The position numbers and the translations under genes were made by a program. DNA of 41,245 nucleotides from Octopus sinensis (taxonomy: Eukaryota): assembly GCF_006345805.1 (NCBI RefSeq), contig NW_021832082.1:1-41245 (forward strand), given 5' to 3'. Below are positions 24,591 to 35,600 of this stretch, in pieces (position 1 is the first letter of the stretch; each line of letters starts with the position of its first letter). The notes beneath the pieces were generated by a model that worked only from the letters and a program-made list of their open reading frames with translations, did no database searches and was not told where the DNA came from.

Positions 24591-24775
24591 ATAAGTATAT
24601 ATATGTGTAATATGGACTATATCTATGTATATATGCTATATATATTATTTATATAATTATATATTATATATATAATATATATATATATATATGTATGTAT
24701 GTATGTATATAACATGTTAAAAATGATAGTCATTCCATATTTTCCTTATATATGTGTGTGTGTACATATATATAT

Positions 24776-25292
24776 AAATTCAGTAAAATTTAGATTCAGT
24801 TGAATATGGTACTTAAGTTAAAGTACCATATTTGGTATGATATTATCCATATAATTCAAAAAGGGGTGATTACAATCAAAATAAGGAACAACTGTATCCA
24901 GAGGTAATGCAGTACGATCGTTTCATGCAACTCCATTTAATTGAACAATGCAAATATTACATCAGTTTTAAAATGTAGATCAATCTTCAGCTGCATAAAA
25001 ATATAGAATTCAGTTAAATTCAAAGGATTCATTTGTATAGTTATTCTATTATCCAAAATCACAAAGTGGATAAGTTCTTGTTCTTTGTCTATCAATTATC
25101 CTCTTTGTGATTTTGGATATAGAATAACTATACAAATGAATCCTTTGAATTTAACTGAATCTATATTTTTACGCAGCTGAAGATTGCTCTACATTTTAAA
25201 ACTGATGTAATATTTGCATTGTTCAATTAAATGAAGTTGTATAAACTATCGTACTGCATTACCTCTGGATATCCTTGTTGCTTATTTTGATT
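24776..25292. mobile_element. TA-embedded palindromic element (arms 24874-25073 and 25096-25292) carrying two inverted hammerhead motifs
   Basis: ~200-bp arms with a 22-nt loop; one hammerhead in each arm. Confidence 0.85.
24907..24996 (-). ncRNA. Type-I hammerhead ribozyme motif, intact core, long helix II
   Basis: AUGCAG-CUGAAGA-(~59 nt)-GAAAC-GAUC-GUA-CUGCAU; perfect 6-bp helix I and palindromic helix III; the mirror copy at 25171-25259 (+) has a damaged GAAA. Confidence 0.8.
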
Positions 25293-25318
25293 ATATATAT
25301 ATATATATAATATATATG

Positions 25319-25350
<32 letters not shown>

Positions 25351-25981
25351 GCATACACACATATATAGTACACATATGTAATTGTATATCATATATATGA
25401 TGTATACACACAAATCTGTATCTCACACACATATATTCATTGCTCACGTACATTGATTACATTGATATATATTTGAAATAGAAGATAACCCATTTTAATA
25501 AACATACATACATATTATACACACATATATATGTGCATATAATGTTATAGACTATATATTTATAAATATATATAAATATAATTATAAATTAATAATTTTC
25601 AATTTTGAACTTTGAATTTAAATAATTTAAATTTTGAATTTTATATTTATATATTTTGTTTTTATATGAATTAATTTATTTCTATGTTTTGGTTTATATT
25701 TTCACTGTTTGATTTGCCTAATAGGTTTTTATCCTAATTTAATTTATATATATAAATATATATACACATATATACAAATATATATAGGTTTATATTATCA
25801 CAAACACACACATATGTATATATGCAATATATATTCTATAACATATATATATATATATATTATATATATATATATATATATATCTATATATATATATATA
25901 TATACATGGTGTTATAGAATATATATAATAAATATATATTCTATAAAATATATATGTTATAGAATATATATATATTTTATA

Positions 25982-26014
<33 letters not shown>

Positions 26015-26067
26015 ATATTATATATATATAACATATATATATGTATAGAATCATTCATTTTTTTTTT

Positions 26068-26114
26068 AATCATTTATCTAGTTCAGCTCACGAGCTATGG
26101 CCATGCTGGGGCAC
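26068..26114 (-). mobile_element. Extremely 5'-truncated CR1-like LINE 3' end
   Basis: TTTATCTAGTTCAGCTCACGAGCTATGGCCATGCTGGGGCAC matches 28897-28940. Confidence 0.7.
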
Positions 26115-26300
26115 GGATATATATATCTATAACTATTATATATTATATAAACATATATATATATATATATATGTTATAGAATATATATATAAAAATATAT
26201 ATTGTGTAATAACATATATTTATGTATATGAATGTGTTGTGTATGTATTCATACAAACACATACACACATGTATGTTGATATCGCCATTCATCTACATAC

Positions 26301-26429
26301 ATAGCAATCTAGAACCAGGTATGAAAATGTTCTCAAATGTCCTCATCAGTCTGTGATGAAGAACTGACAGTAAAACAAACCGCCGGGAACCAGATGAAAG
26401 CAGCCTGTACTCGTTACAACTGCACTTAA
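26301..26429 (-). other. Candidate spliced exon (129 nt, phase 1/1, open frame ..KCSCNEYRLLSSGSRRFVLLSVLHHRLMRTFENIFIPGSRLL)
   Basis: Acceptor TTCTCTATCTTCATATTCAG| and donor CTAT|GTATGT; unique sequence between microsatellites. Confidence 0.4.
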
Positions 26430-26499
26430 CTGAATATGAAGATAGAGAACGGGTTATTTACGGTGGATGGTTGTGTTATGGGAGAGGATGATGGCAGCG

Positions 26500-27200
26500 A
26501 GGATGGAGGTTGTGGTGGTGGTTTTTTTGGTTAAGATGTGTGCAGTTATGTAATTGTATATTTGATGAAGGAAGGTGGTGGTGGTGGTGGTGGTGGTGAT
26601 GGTGATGGTGGGGGTAATAATGGGAATCTCTGCTTAGTAAGAGTATAGAGGAATTCCATTTCTTAGAAATAGGTCTGGCAAAGTGGGGTGGTGTTTACGG
26701 TGGTGGTGGGGAAGGTGGTGGTGATAGTAGTGGTGGTGGTGGTGGTGATGGTAGTGGTGGTGATGGTGGTGGTAGTGGTGGCGGCGTAGGTGGCGGTGGT
26801 GGTGTTTACGGTGGTGGTGGTGGTGGTGGTGATGGTGGTGGTAGTGGTGGTGGTGGTGGTGGTGTTGTGGTGGTGGTGGTGGTGGTAATAGTTGTCATTA
26901 TTGTGGTGAATGCCCCCATGACAGTGGTGGTTGTCATTGCCTTGGGGTGGTGGAATTGGTGCAGATGTCCAACTGATATACGGGGGGTGTGGGGTTGTGT
27001 TAGCGATGATGATGATAATGATGGCAGTGATGATGATGTTGGTGGTTGTCCTTGCTGAATAGCACATGTGTCTGTACAGTTGTTGGCCATGTGGTATGGA
27101 GGTGTTGTTAATGATAGAGGTGGTGGTCGTCGTCGTCGTTGTTGAGTGGATTGTTATGGTAGTGATGGTGAAGGTAGTAATAATGTTGATGATATCCTTT
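26500..27200. repeat. Degenerate (GGT)/(GAT)n low-complexity region
   Basis: Direct inspection. Confidence 0.9.
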
Positions 27201-27350
27201 TTTTTGTGTTTGCTTATATGTCACTTCTATAAATAACATCAAATACAAATTGTGAATCTCTGTATAATAGTAGTAGTAGTAGTAGTAGTAGTAGTAACAA
27301 TAATAACAACAACAACAACAACAACAATAATAATAATAATAATAATAATA

Positions 27351-27584
27351 AATGCACCCTTTAAAGCCTAGTCAGGCTCATGGGCCCGGTTTCCTGGTTT
27401 CTATGGTGTATGTGTTCCCCAGCTGGACGGGACGCCAGTCCATCACAGCGTTACTCATTTTTGCCAGCTGAGTGGACTGTTGCAACGTGAAATGAAGTGT
27501 TTTGCTCAAGAACACAACTCGTCGCCTGATCCAATCTTACAATCATGATGCTGACACCCTAACCACTAAGCCACGCGTCTCCAC
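27351..27584 (-). mobile_element. tRNA-derived CORE-like SINE (family C) inside an AAT array
   Basis: Minus strand GTGGAGACGCGTGGCTTAGTGGTTAGGG...TCTTGAGCAAAACACTTCATTTCACGTTGC...CTCAGCTG...GATGGACTGGCGTCCCGTCCAG. Confidence 0.8.
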
Positions 27585-27628
<44 letters not shown>

Positions 27629-27675
27629 TAATAATAATAATAATAATCTGTAGAAAATTCTAATTACCCCTCCCC

Positions 27676-27864
27676 TGTAAGGTCATGCACTGTTTATCTT
27701 GATATGAGATCATCATGTCACACACATATAGTTGTGAAACATGTACCTGGTGTAACCTTACCAGGCAGGTAGTCATGATGTGTATGTAGGGCTTCATATA
27801 TTTCTACCCTAGTGTCCCCTTGATGGCATGCACTGCTCTCTAACTCAGTAATAATAATTTCTTT
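27676..27864 (+). repeat. 189-bp direct repeat, copy 1 (3' end of the AAT-targeted element)
   Basis: Near-identical to 29433-29621 with the same endpoints. Confidence 0.85.
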
Positions 27865-28320
27865 TATTGGCCACTGGGGCATCGATGAGGGGGACATCAC
27901 AAGGACAGACAACATGATCTTGCCACTCTCATCCACATTTCGGTCAACACACTAGATGGCAGCGCCTCCCTCTTTATCCTCACCTTCTTCTTCAAATGAA
28001 ATTTGAAGAGATTAATGAGAACTTGGGCAAGGTAGGAGAGTTCCTGTCTTGAAACCTTTCAGATGAGTCCACCACACAACCTCTTTCACTACAGCTACTG
28101 AGCAGAGAAAGATCTTCCTCCTTTCTCTGCTAAAAGAAAGTGGTGCATCAATCTTTACTATACACTTGAAGGTCAGTTGATCAAAGAGTAGACAAAGAAT
28201 GAAATGGTTGGATAGTATCAATAGTCTCAGTTGGTGATGCTTGGGAATTCAACAAGAAAATGGAATGGTGGTTGCTTCTGATAGGAGGTGCCTGAGGACT
28301 CTACCTCTACGACCTTTTTA
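27858..28320 (-). mobile_element. L1/Tx1-like LINE 3' end
   Basis: SVAVVKEVVWWTHLKG-type ORF2 C-terminal peptide followed by a short 3' UTR ending GGCCAATAAAAGAAAT. Confidence 0.55.
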
Positions 28321-28599
28321 GGAACAAAAGGCAAAAATGTATGAGTTATAATAATAATAAATGCAGGAAACACCATCAGAACTGCAATACCAGGTTTGAA
28401 AAGCTGAATATAGCAAAGAAAAAATATCTATGACCAGAAAACTACAAAAAAAAACCAACAAAAAAACAGTGTAACAGTGAATGAACTCAAAAACAGAAGG
28501 AAGAATGACAACACAAACAACTAGAAAGAGAAGTTGCATGGTCAATTCAAATAGTTGATCAAACTATTGCCAAAAAGCTGCACACCTCTGCTCAGAAAT

Positions 28600-28850
28600 T
28601 AGTAATAGACACTTGTTCCAATCTGTTAAAGACCTGATTATAGTGTAATTGTCACATCGTACCTTCACTACTTGGATCCATCAGACAGGTTTAGTCCTCT
28701 CATGTTTTATTGCATACGGTCAAACTTTGAAAATGCAGCCTTCATATTTTGCATTGAAAAGAGGTTAAGAACCATTCATACTGTGTTCATGTCAGTAGCA
28801 ATACCTTTGCTAATTGCATCTTCTGATTAACTAGCTCCTCATACTCAAAT
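28600..28850 (+). mobile_element. Very decayed CR1/L2-like RT fragment
   Basis: SVKDLIIV and FYCIRSNFENAAFIF resemble VKDLG and LYxSLVRSxLEYAxxVW. Confidence 0.4.
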
Positions 28851-28884
28851 CTATTTTTCTCTGTTACTAGCTCTTTGAGAAACA

Positions 28885-29357
28885 TTTTTTTTTTATTTTA
28901 TCTAGTTTCAGCTCATGAGCTGTGGCCATGCTGGGGCACCACCATTTGGTGTTGTACATGATTTTACTTCATGAATGCTTTTAGCAATTGTCATTTGGTG
29001 CATGGAGAGTGGAGCATGCAGCTGCCCTCATCTGCACCTCCTGCCGTGAATTGATTCATCTGGGACACCTGACAGGAAGAGATCCAGTTTTATTTTAAAG
29101 ACATCTGCATCCACCCCATGCAGGTCTCTCAGGTTCTTCGGGAGGATATTGAAGAGCTGTGGACCTCTGAAGCCCAGGCTATCACAATATCTTGTCCTAC
29201 ATCTTGATGGCAAATTGGAGTCCTTGGCACTATGCAGTGGCGCCAGTTCTAGTATTTGTGTAACTCTCGATGCCAAAGTTTGGGACAAGTCCTTCTAGGA
29301 TCTTAGATGAACATATGGCAAATCTTTCTCACCTACGCTCCAAGGAATAGAGTTAAT
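28885..29357 (-). mobile_element. CR1-group LINE 3' end
   Basis: YSLERRRERF..KILEGLVPNFG and SLGFRGPQLFNILPKNLRD..FKIKLDLFLSGVPDE; 3' UTR GGTGCCCCAGCATGGCCACAGCTCATGAGCTGAAACTAGATAAAA. Confidence 0.85.
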
Positions 29358-29432
29358 TATAATTATAATTATAATTTAATCACTCTCTTCTTGGTGCCCG
29401 ATCACTGGTTACAGATTTGCTAATCCAGTCCT

Positions 29433-29621
29433 TGTAAGGTCATGCACTGTTTATCTTGATATGAGATCATCATGTCACACACATATGATTGTGAAGCATG
29501 TGCCTGGTGTAACCTTACCAGGCAGGTAGTCATGATGTGAATGTAGGGCTTCATATGTTTGTTCCCTAGTGTCCCCTTGATGGCATGCACTGCTCTCTAA
29601 CTCAGTAATAATAATTTCTTT
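29433..29621 (+). repeat. 189-bp direct repeat, copy 2
   Basis: See 27676-27864. Confidence 0.85.
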
Positions 29622-29629
29622 GTGAAGAT

Positions 29630-30200
29630 TGTTAATTTGTAGTATGTATTTCTGACCATATGGACATCCTACATCATCGCTAACCTCCGATCAAACAAAA
29701 CTCTATCTAGATGTGATCTAGTTGACAGGTAGTGGTTACCCCAAATTCACAGTGGCATGTTCAGGAAATTCAGTAGGTACCTATCAGATAGTTGGATTCT
29801 TCTGAGCAGAATTTTGAAGTTATTCTCATTCCACACAGTACGACCATACATCTAAAATCCAGCCCACCACCACCACCACAACTAGTATAAGAGATCAGGA
29901 CGATCCCAGGAAACTTTCTAGGTATCTGAAAAATATGGCTATCCTACCATGTTGGGATTAGTCTGAGAGGACCACTCTTGCTGCCATTCACACCACCAAC
30001 TTATTGTCCAGGTCAAGTGAGATCGTGCACTTAACTAAAAATCTAAGGATTTCTTAAATAACACTGCCACTCCACCACTTGACCTTGAAAGACCACAAGC
30101 TGCCTTTCTGCCATCAAAAATGGATGTGAGAGCTTGAATTCCAGAGATCCTTTTTCATTGATGCCTATTACATCTATGTCTACCTGAAGTTTTGAGAGGC
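29630..30200 (-). pseudogene. L1/Tx1-like APE endonuclease remnant
   Basis: GGVAVLFKKSL, FFRYLESFLGSS*SLILV and LSDRYLLNFLNMPL*IWGNHYLSTRSHLDRVL appear in APE motif order. Confidence 0.7.
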
Positions 30201-30217
30201 CTTTGTAAAGTATTTCT

Positions 30218-30448
30218 TATTTCTTTACTGCCCACAAGGGGCTACACACAGAGGGGACAAACAAGGATGGACAAATGGATTAAGTCGATTATATCGACCC
30301 CAGTGCATAACTGGTACTTATTTAATCGACCCCAGAAGGATGAAAGGCAAAGTCGACCTCGGAGGAATTTGAACTCAGAACGTAAAGACAGCCGAAATAC
30401 CACTGAGCATTTCACCCAGCAGGCTAACGTTTCTGCCAACTCGCCGCC
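30218..30448 (-). mobile_element. SINE family B, full length with TSD
   Basis: Flanked by the direct repeat GCCTTTGTAAAGTATTTCT (30199-30217 and 30446-30464). Confidence 0.9.
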
Positions 30449-30814
30449 TTTGTAAAGTATTTCTACTGGGCTTTTTAGAAAAAAGCCCAACATCAATGTT
30501 TATTTCTGGAGGCATGTTCACCACCCCCACCTTTGCCACATTCAGTCTTTATAAGATGGTATGTGGACGAAATCCTCATTGTTCAGTGAGGTGATGGAAT
30601 ATCTCTTCGTTTCTCGTTCCTTGACAAATCTGATATCTACCATGCCAAGTTGTTTCCACAGATAATCTACATATTTCTGTTTTTTTTGTCCCACATAGAT
30701 TTCGGGCATCTTTCTACTTGTGTATATCTGAGCAGCTCAACTTTGTTTGTGTCTATATATTTATACATCAGTAGGTTACTAAGCATCCATATCGTTCTCA
30801 CTAGAACAATATGG

Positions 30815-31425
30815 ATGCTTTAGGGGAGAGGAACTAGTTGATTACACTGACCCCAGTATCTAACTGGTACTTATTTCATCGATCCTGAAAGGATGAAGGG
30901 CAAAGTTGACCATGGCAGAATTTGAACTCAAAACATTAGGACAGACGAAATACTGCAATGCATTTGGCCCAGCTTGCTGCCTTTCCTTTCTACTATAGGC
31001 ACAAGACCTGAAATTTGGGGGAGAGGGTTAGTCGATTATCTCAACCCCAGTATACAACTGGTACTTATTTTATCGACCCTGAAAGGATAACAAGTAAAGT
31101 TGACCTCAGCAGAATTTGAACTCAGAATGAGAAGACAGATGAAATACTGCTAAGTATTTCATCCAGCATACAAAGAATTCTGCCAGTTTGCCCCCTTAAT
31201 AATGATAATCCTTTCTACTATAGGCATAAGACCTGGTATTTTAGGGGAGAAGAACTAGTTGATTACATCAACCCCAGAATTCAACTGATACTTATTTTAT
31301 TGTCCTGGGAAAGATGAAAGGCAAAGTTAGCCTCAATGGAATTTCAGCTCAGGACATAAAAACAGACAAAATGGCCCTAAATATTTTCCCCAGCATGCTA
31401 AGAATTCTGCCAGTTCACTGCCTTA
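30815..31425 (-). mobile_element. Three tandem head-to-tail SINE family B copies
   Basis: The unit ACTGGTACTTATTT..GACCCTGAAAGGATGAAAGGCAAAGTTGACC..GAATTTGAACTC repeats three times with divergence. Confidence 0.85.
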
Positions 31426-31493
31426 ATGATAAAGGAAATATTGATTTAACATGTTGGTGCAAGGCCAGCGATTTAGGGGAGGGAGTACCTCTC

Positions 31494-31905
31494 CCTTTTA
31501 CTCTTTTACTTGTTTCAGTCATTTGACTGCGGCCATACTGGAGCACCACCTTTAGTCGAGCAAATTGACACCAGGACTTATTCTTTGGAAGCCTAGTACT
31601 TATTCTATCAGTCTCTTTTGCTGAACCACTAAGTTACAGGGACGTAAAAACACCAGCATTGGTTGTCAATTGATGTTGGGGGGGGGGACAAAGACAGACA
31701 CACAAATACACACACACACACACACACATATATACATATATATGATGGGCTTCTTTCAGTTTCTGTCTTCCAAATCCACTCACAAGGCTTTGGTCAGCCC
31801 AAAGCCATAGTAGAAGACACTTGCCTGAGGTGCCATGCAGTAGGACTGAACCCAGAACCATGAGGTTTGTTAGCAAGCTACTTACCACACAGCCACCCCT
31901 ATGCC
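31494..31905 (-). mobile_element. SINE family A, apparently nested in the tail of a family B copy (which continues 31906-32075)
   Basis: Family A match; family B tail-like AAGGCCAGCGATTTAGGGGAGGG before it and family B body after it. Confidence 0.85.
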
Positions 31906-32414
31906 TAAGTCGATTATTTTGACCCCAGTACTCAATTGGTATTTATTTTGTCGACCCTGTAAGGATGAAAGGCAAAGATGACCTCGGTGGAATTTGAACT
32001 CAGAATACGAGGCCCGATGAAATGCTGCTAAGCATTTTGCCAGTGCAGTAACAATTCTACCAGCTCTCTCCCTTGATAGAGGAAATATTAATAAGAAAGC
32101 ATGGCCATACTCTGAGACATACCAATTAACAGAGATATAGTGGTTAAGGAAACATTGTCTAGACATTGTTATCAAGGATTATCATGATATGAAGTATCAT
32201 GTATATATCTTAAATACAGAGGGAACCTATCCAGATATAAATATCTAGAAATGAGGATTACCAGAATGTCCCGCCCATGCTAGCACAGAAGGCAGACTTT
32301 AAACGATGATGATGATGATGATGATATAGGGACCAAAACCTAAACCAAGGCCTGAAAGCACACAGCCATACCTGCAACTATAAATTTCTTCAATAGTTAG
32401 CCGCCGACCGCCCT

Positions 32415-32530
32415 TCTCTTCTTCTTCCAATTCGTTGTCTTCTTCTTCTTCTTCTCTTCTTCTTCTTCTTCTTCTTCTTCTTCTTCTTCTTCTTCTTCTT
32501 CTCCTCCCTCCTCCTCCTCCTTCTTCTTGG
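32415..32530. repeat. (CTT)n/(CCT)n repeat
   Basis: Direct inspection. Confidence 0.95.
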
Positions 32531-32877
32531 GTGTGGATATGATACGTCTGCCTTCAATTCTATTTTCATGTCATAATATAGGATATTAATTAATGATATT
32601 AATTAAGAAACATATTAATTACATCAGATATTTCTGTTAAATACTTCTTCTTTTATCTAATAATCCTCCCTTGTTTTTCCTATGAAATACAACATCAACC
32701 TCTACCTTGTACTGAAGTGACACAGTAATCAGAATAGTTTGCTCTACAAATATCCAGAGACTAAATACCAAAGTTAAATTTAAATATATATTCAAATATA
32801 GAAAAGCAAATATAGTATTGAAGTTTGTTTGAAGCATTGCAGTACAGAAATAGAATAATGAATGAAATGAAAAATAT

Positions 32878-33250
32878 AGCTGTGTGGTAAGTAGCTTGCT
32901 TACCAACCACATGTTTCCGGGTTCAGTCCCACTGGATGGCACCTTGGGAGAGTGTCTTCTACTACAGCTTCAGGCCGACCAAAGCCTTGTGAGTCGATTT
33001 GGGAGATGAAAATTGAAAGAAGCTCATCGTATATATGTATATATATGTGTATATGTGTGTATATGTTTGTGTCTGTGTTTGTCCCCAACATCGCTTGACA
33101 ATGGATGCTGTAACTTAGCGGTTCAGCAAAAGAGACTGATAGAATAAGTACTAGGCTTACAAAGAATAAGTCCTGTGGTCGATTTGCTCAACTAAAGGCG
33201 GTGCTCCAGCATGGCCGCAGTCAAATGACTGAAGCAAGTAAAAGAGTAAA
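32878..33250 (+). mobile_element. SINE family A
   Basis: Family A match. Confidence 0.9.
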
Positions 33251-33280
33251 GCTTCTAACAAGGCAGAAAGTTTTTTAAAA

Positions 33281-33318
33281 TCTTTATATTTCGGGTACAA
33301 AGGCCCATCTTCAGAAGG
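33281..33318 (-). ncRNA. Minimal hammerhead motif (solo)
   Basis: CUU-CUGAAGA-U-GGG-CCUUUGUA-CCC-GAAA-UA-UA-AAG; short helices, palindromic AUAU helix III. Confidence 0.5.
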
Positions 33319-33489
33319 ATACAGTCAAAGAAATATGTATTTACATAGATCCTGCAATTCAGGATAGTCCAGTGCTTGTGTAAGTAGTAGCAGCTCACCA
33401 AACTCTAGTGTAGTTGGTGCTGTACTGCTTACATTGGGGATGGTGAAGACTAGCTGCAGGCTGCAAATATAGTGTATTTTATTTAATTG

Positions 33490-33790
33490 TTTGTTCCTTC
33501 TCGTGCCATACCTGGCTCATAAGGGCCTGTATCCTGGTTTCCTTGACATATAGGTTCCCCACATGGATGGGACGTCAGTCTGTCGTAGGTAAGCTGCAAG
33601 ATGCAGGAGGAAAGAGTGAGAGAAAGTTGTGGCGAAACAGTCAGCAGAAGTTCACCATTACCTTCTGGCGGAGCTGCGTGGAGCTTAGGTGTTTCACTCA
33701 TAAACACACACATCGCCCGGTCTGAGATTCAAACCCACAATTCCTCGACTGCAAGTCTGCTGCTCTAACCACTAGGCCATGTGCCTCCAC
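33490..33790 (-). mobile_element. tRNA-derived SINE family D
   Basis: Head GTGGAGGCACATGGCCTAGTGGTTAGAGCAGC...; second copy at 37500-37802. Confidence 0.85.
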
Positions 33791-34172
33791 TTTTTATTTA
33801 ATTAATGAGAGAGAATAAATTTCTTGCAAGACTTCTTTCTTGCAAGGAACCAAACAATCAATATGAAATGAACTTACATAAAAAATTATAAAAGAAAAAT
33901 ACTTTATTTATATACAACAAAACCTCTCTAAACTAAGGACCCTTAAACAAGTATTACCCTTACAAGAATTAGAAACCCTGTGAAGGATAGGCATACAATG
34001 TAAAGGCATAGTATAATATATAAACAAAACCACCACAAACCAAGAAACCAAGAATCCCTGGACAAGTTCAACCTTATGAGAAGGTCTACCTCCATCATCA
34101 GTTGCCCAACACATATCATTATGGTTTTGACACTTGGAAGCATGTATTACAGTAAGTTTTTCTTTTCTTCAT

Positions 34173-34290
34173 ATGGTAGCTCTCTGGAAGTTGTAGATAA
34201 TTTTTGCTACCTAGGTCACCTAATTAGCAGTGGAGGAAGTTATACAGAAAGTATAATTGCTAGAATAAGAATAGGATGGAGAAAGTTCAG
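34173..34290 (+). pseudogene. RTE-clade RT fragment
   Basis: GSSLEVVDNFCYLGHLISSGGSYTESIIARIRIGWRKFR; truncated by a SINE A. Confidence 0.8.
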
Positions 34291-34855
34291 GAGTGGCTGT
34301 GGGGTAAGTAGCTTGCTTACCAGCCACATGGTTCCGGGTTCAGTCCCACTGCATGGCACTTGGGCAAGTGTCTTCAACTATAGCCTCGGGCTGACCAAAG
34401 CCTTGTGAGTGGATTTGGTAGACAGAAACTGAAAGAAGCCTGTAGTATATATGTATATGTATATATATATGTGTGTATGTGTGTGTGTGTATGTTTGTGT
34501 GTCTGTGTTTGTCCCCCCAACATCGCTTGACAACCGATGCTGGTGTGTTTACGTCCCCGTAACCTAGAGGTTCGGCAAAAGAGACTGATAGAATAAGTAC
34601 TAGGCTTAAAAAAAAAATCTTTGGGTCGATTTGCTCGACTAAAGGCGGTGCTCCAGCATGGCCGCAGTCAAATGACTGAAACAAGTAAAAGAGTCCTTTT
34701 TTGTCCCCACTATGTTTAGCCCCTTGTGGGCAATGAAGAAATAAGAAACTTGCTTCCCAACCACATGGTTCCGGGTTCAGTCCCAAAGCATAGCCCTTTG
34801 GGCTGAACAAAGCCTTGTGAGTAGATTTGATAGACAGAAACTGAAAGAAACTTGT

Positions 34856-34895
<40 letters not shown>

Positions 34896-35100
34896 TGTAT
34901 GTGCTTGTGTGTCGTGTTTGTCCCCTCACCATTGCTTCACAACCGATATTGGTGTGTTTATGTGCCCCAGTTTGGCAAAAGAGACCAATAGAATAAGTAC
35001 TAGGCTTACAAAGAATAAGTCCTGGGGTTGGTGTTTCAACCAAAGGCGGTGCTCCAGCATGGCCACAGTCAAATGACTGAAACAGTTAAAAGAGTAAAGA
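34288..35100 (+). mobile_element. Two SINE family A copies separated by a family B tail (34695-34745)
   Basis: Family A matches; TGTCCCCACTATGTTTAGCCCCTTGTGGGCAATGAAGAAATAAG matches the family B tail. Confidence 0.85.
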
Positions 35101-35129
35101 GTGTATATATTATATATATATATAATATA

Positions 35130-35216
<87 letters not shown>

Positions 35217-35305
35217 GTATGTATATATATATACATAAATATATATATATATATATATCTATTAACGGACGTTAAACGATGATGATGATGATGATGATGA
35301 TATAT

Positions 35306-35600
35306 GTGGAGGCGCAATGGTTAGGGCAGCGCACTCGCGGTTGTAGGATCGCGGGTTTTGATTCCCAGACTGGGCGCTGTGAGTGTTTATTGAGCGAAAA
35401 CACCTAAAGCTCCACGAGGCTCCGGCAGCGATCCCTGCCGTACTCTTTCGCTACGACTTTCCTTCACTCTTTCTTCTGTTGGCCTGCTCGCTTAGCCAGC
35501 GGGGAGGTGTCATTTCAAGGCTAAAACAACGCGAAGCGCATTGTAATCAGCGATGTGTAGCAACATCTGATAGCCTGGTCGGTCACGGTGATCATGGTGA
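35306..35600 (+). mobile_element. SINE family D variant with a different 3' end
   Basis: D-type head and GTTTATTGAGCGAAAACACCTAAAGCTCCACG body; tail ...GGTCACGGTGATCATGGTGA. Confidence 0.8.

Noticed and set aside
30465-30760. Possible L1/Tx1 ORF1 remnant upstream of the APE fragment
   Set aside because: Position fits, but the peptide similarity is too weak to support by eye
509-35076. Recurrent peptides such as IVEDTCPRCHAVGLNPEP and FDCGHAGAPPLVEQID
   Set aside because: SINE family A read-through, not a gene family
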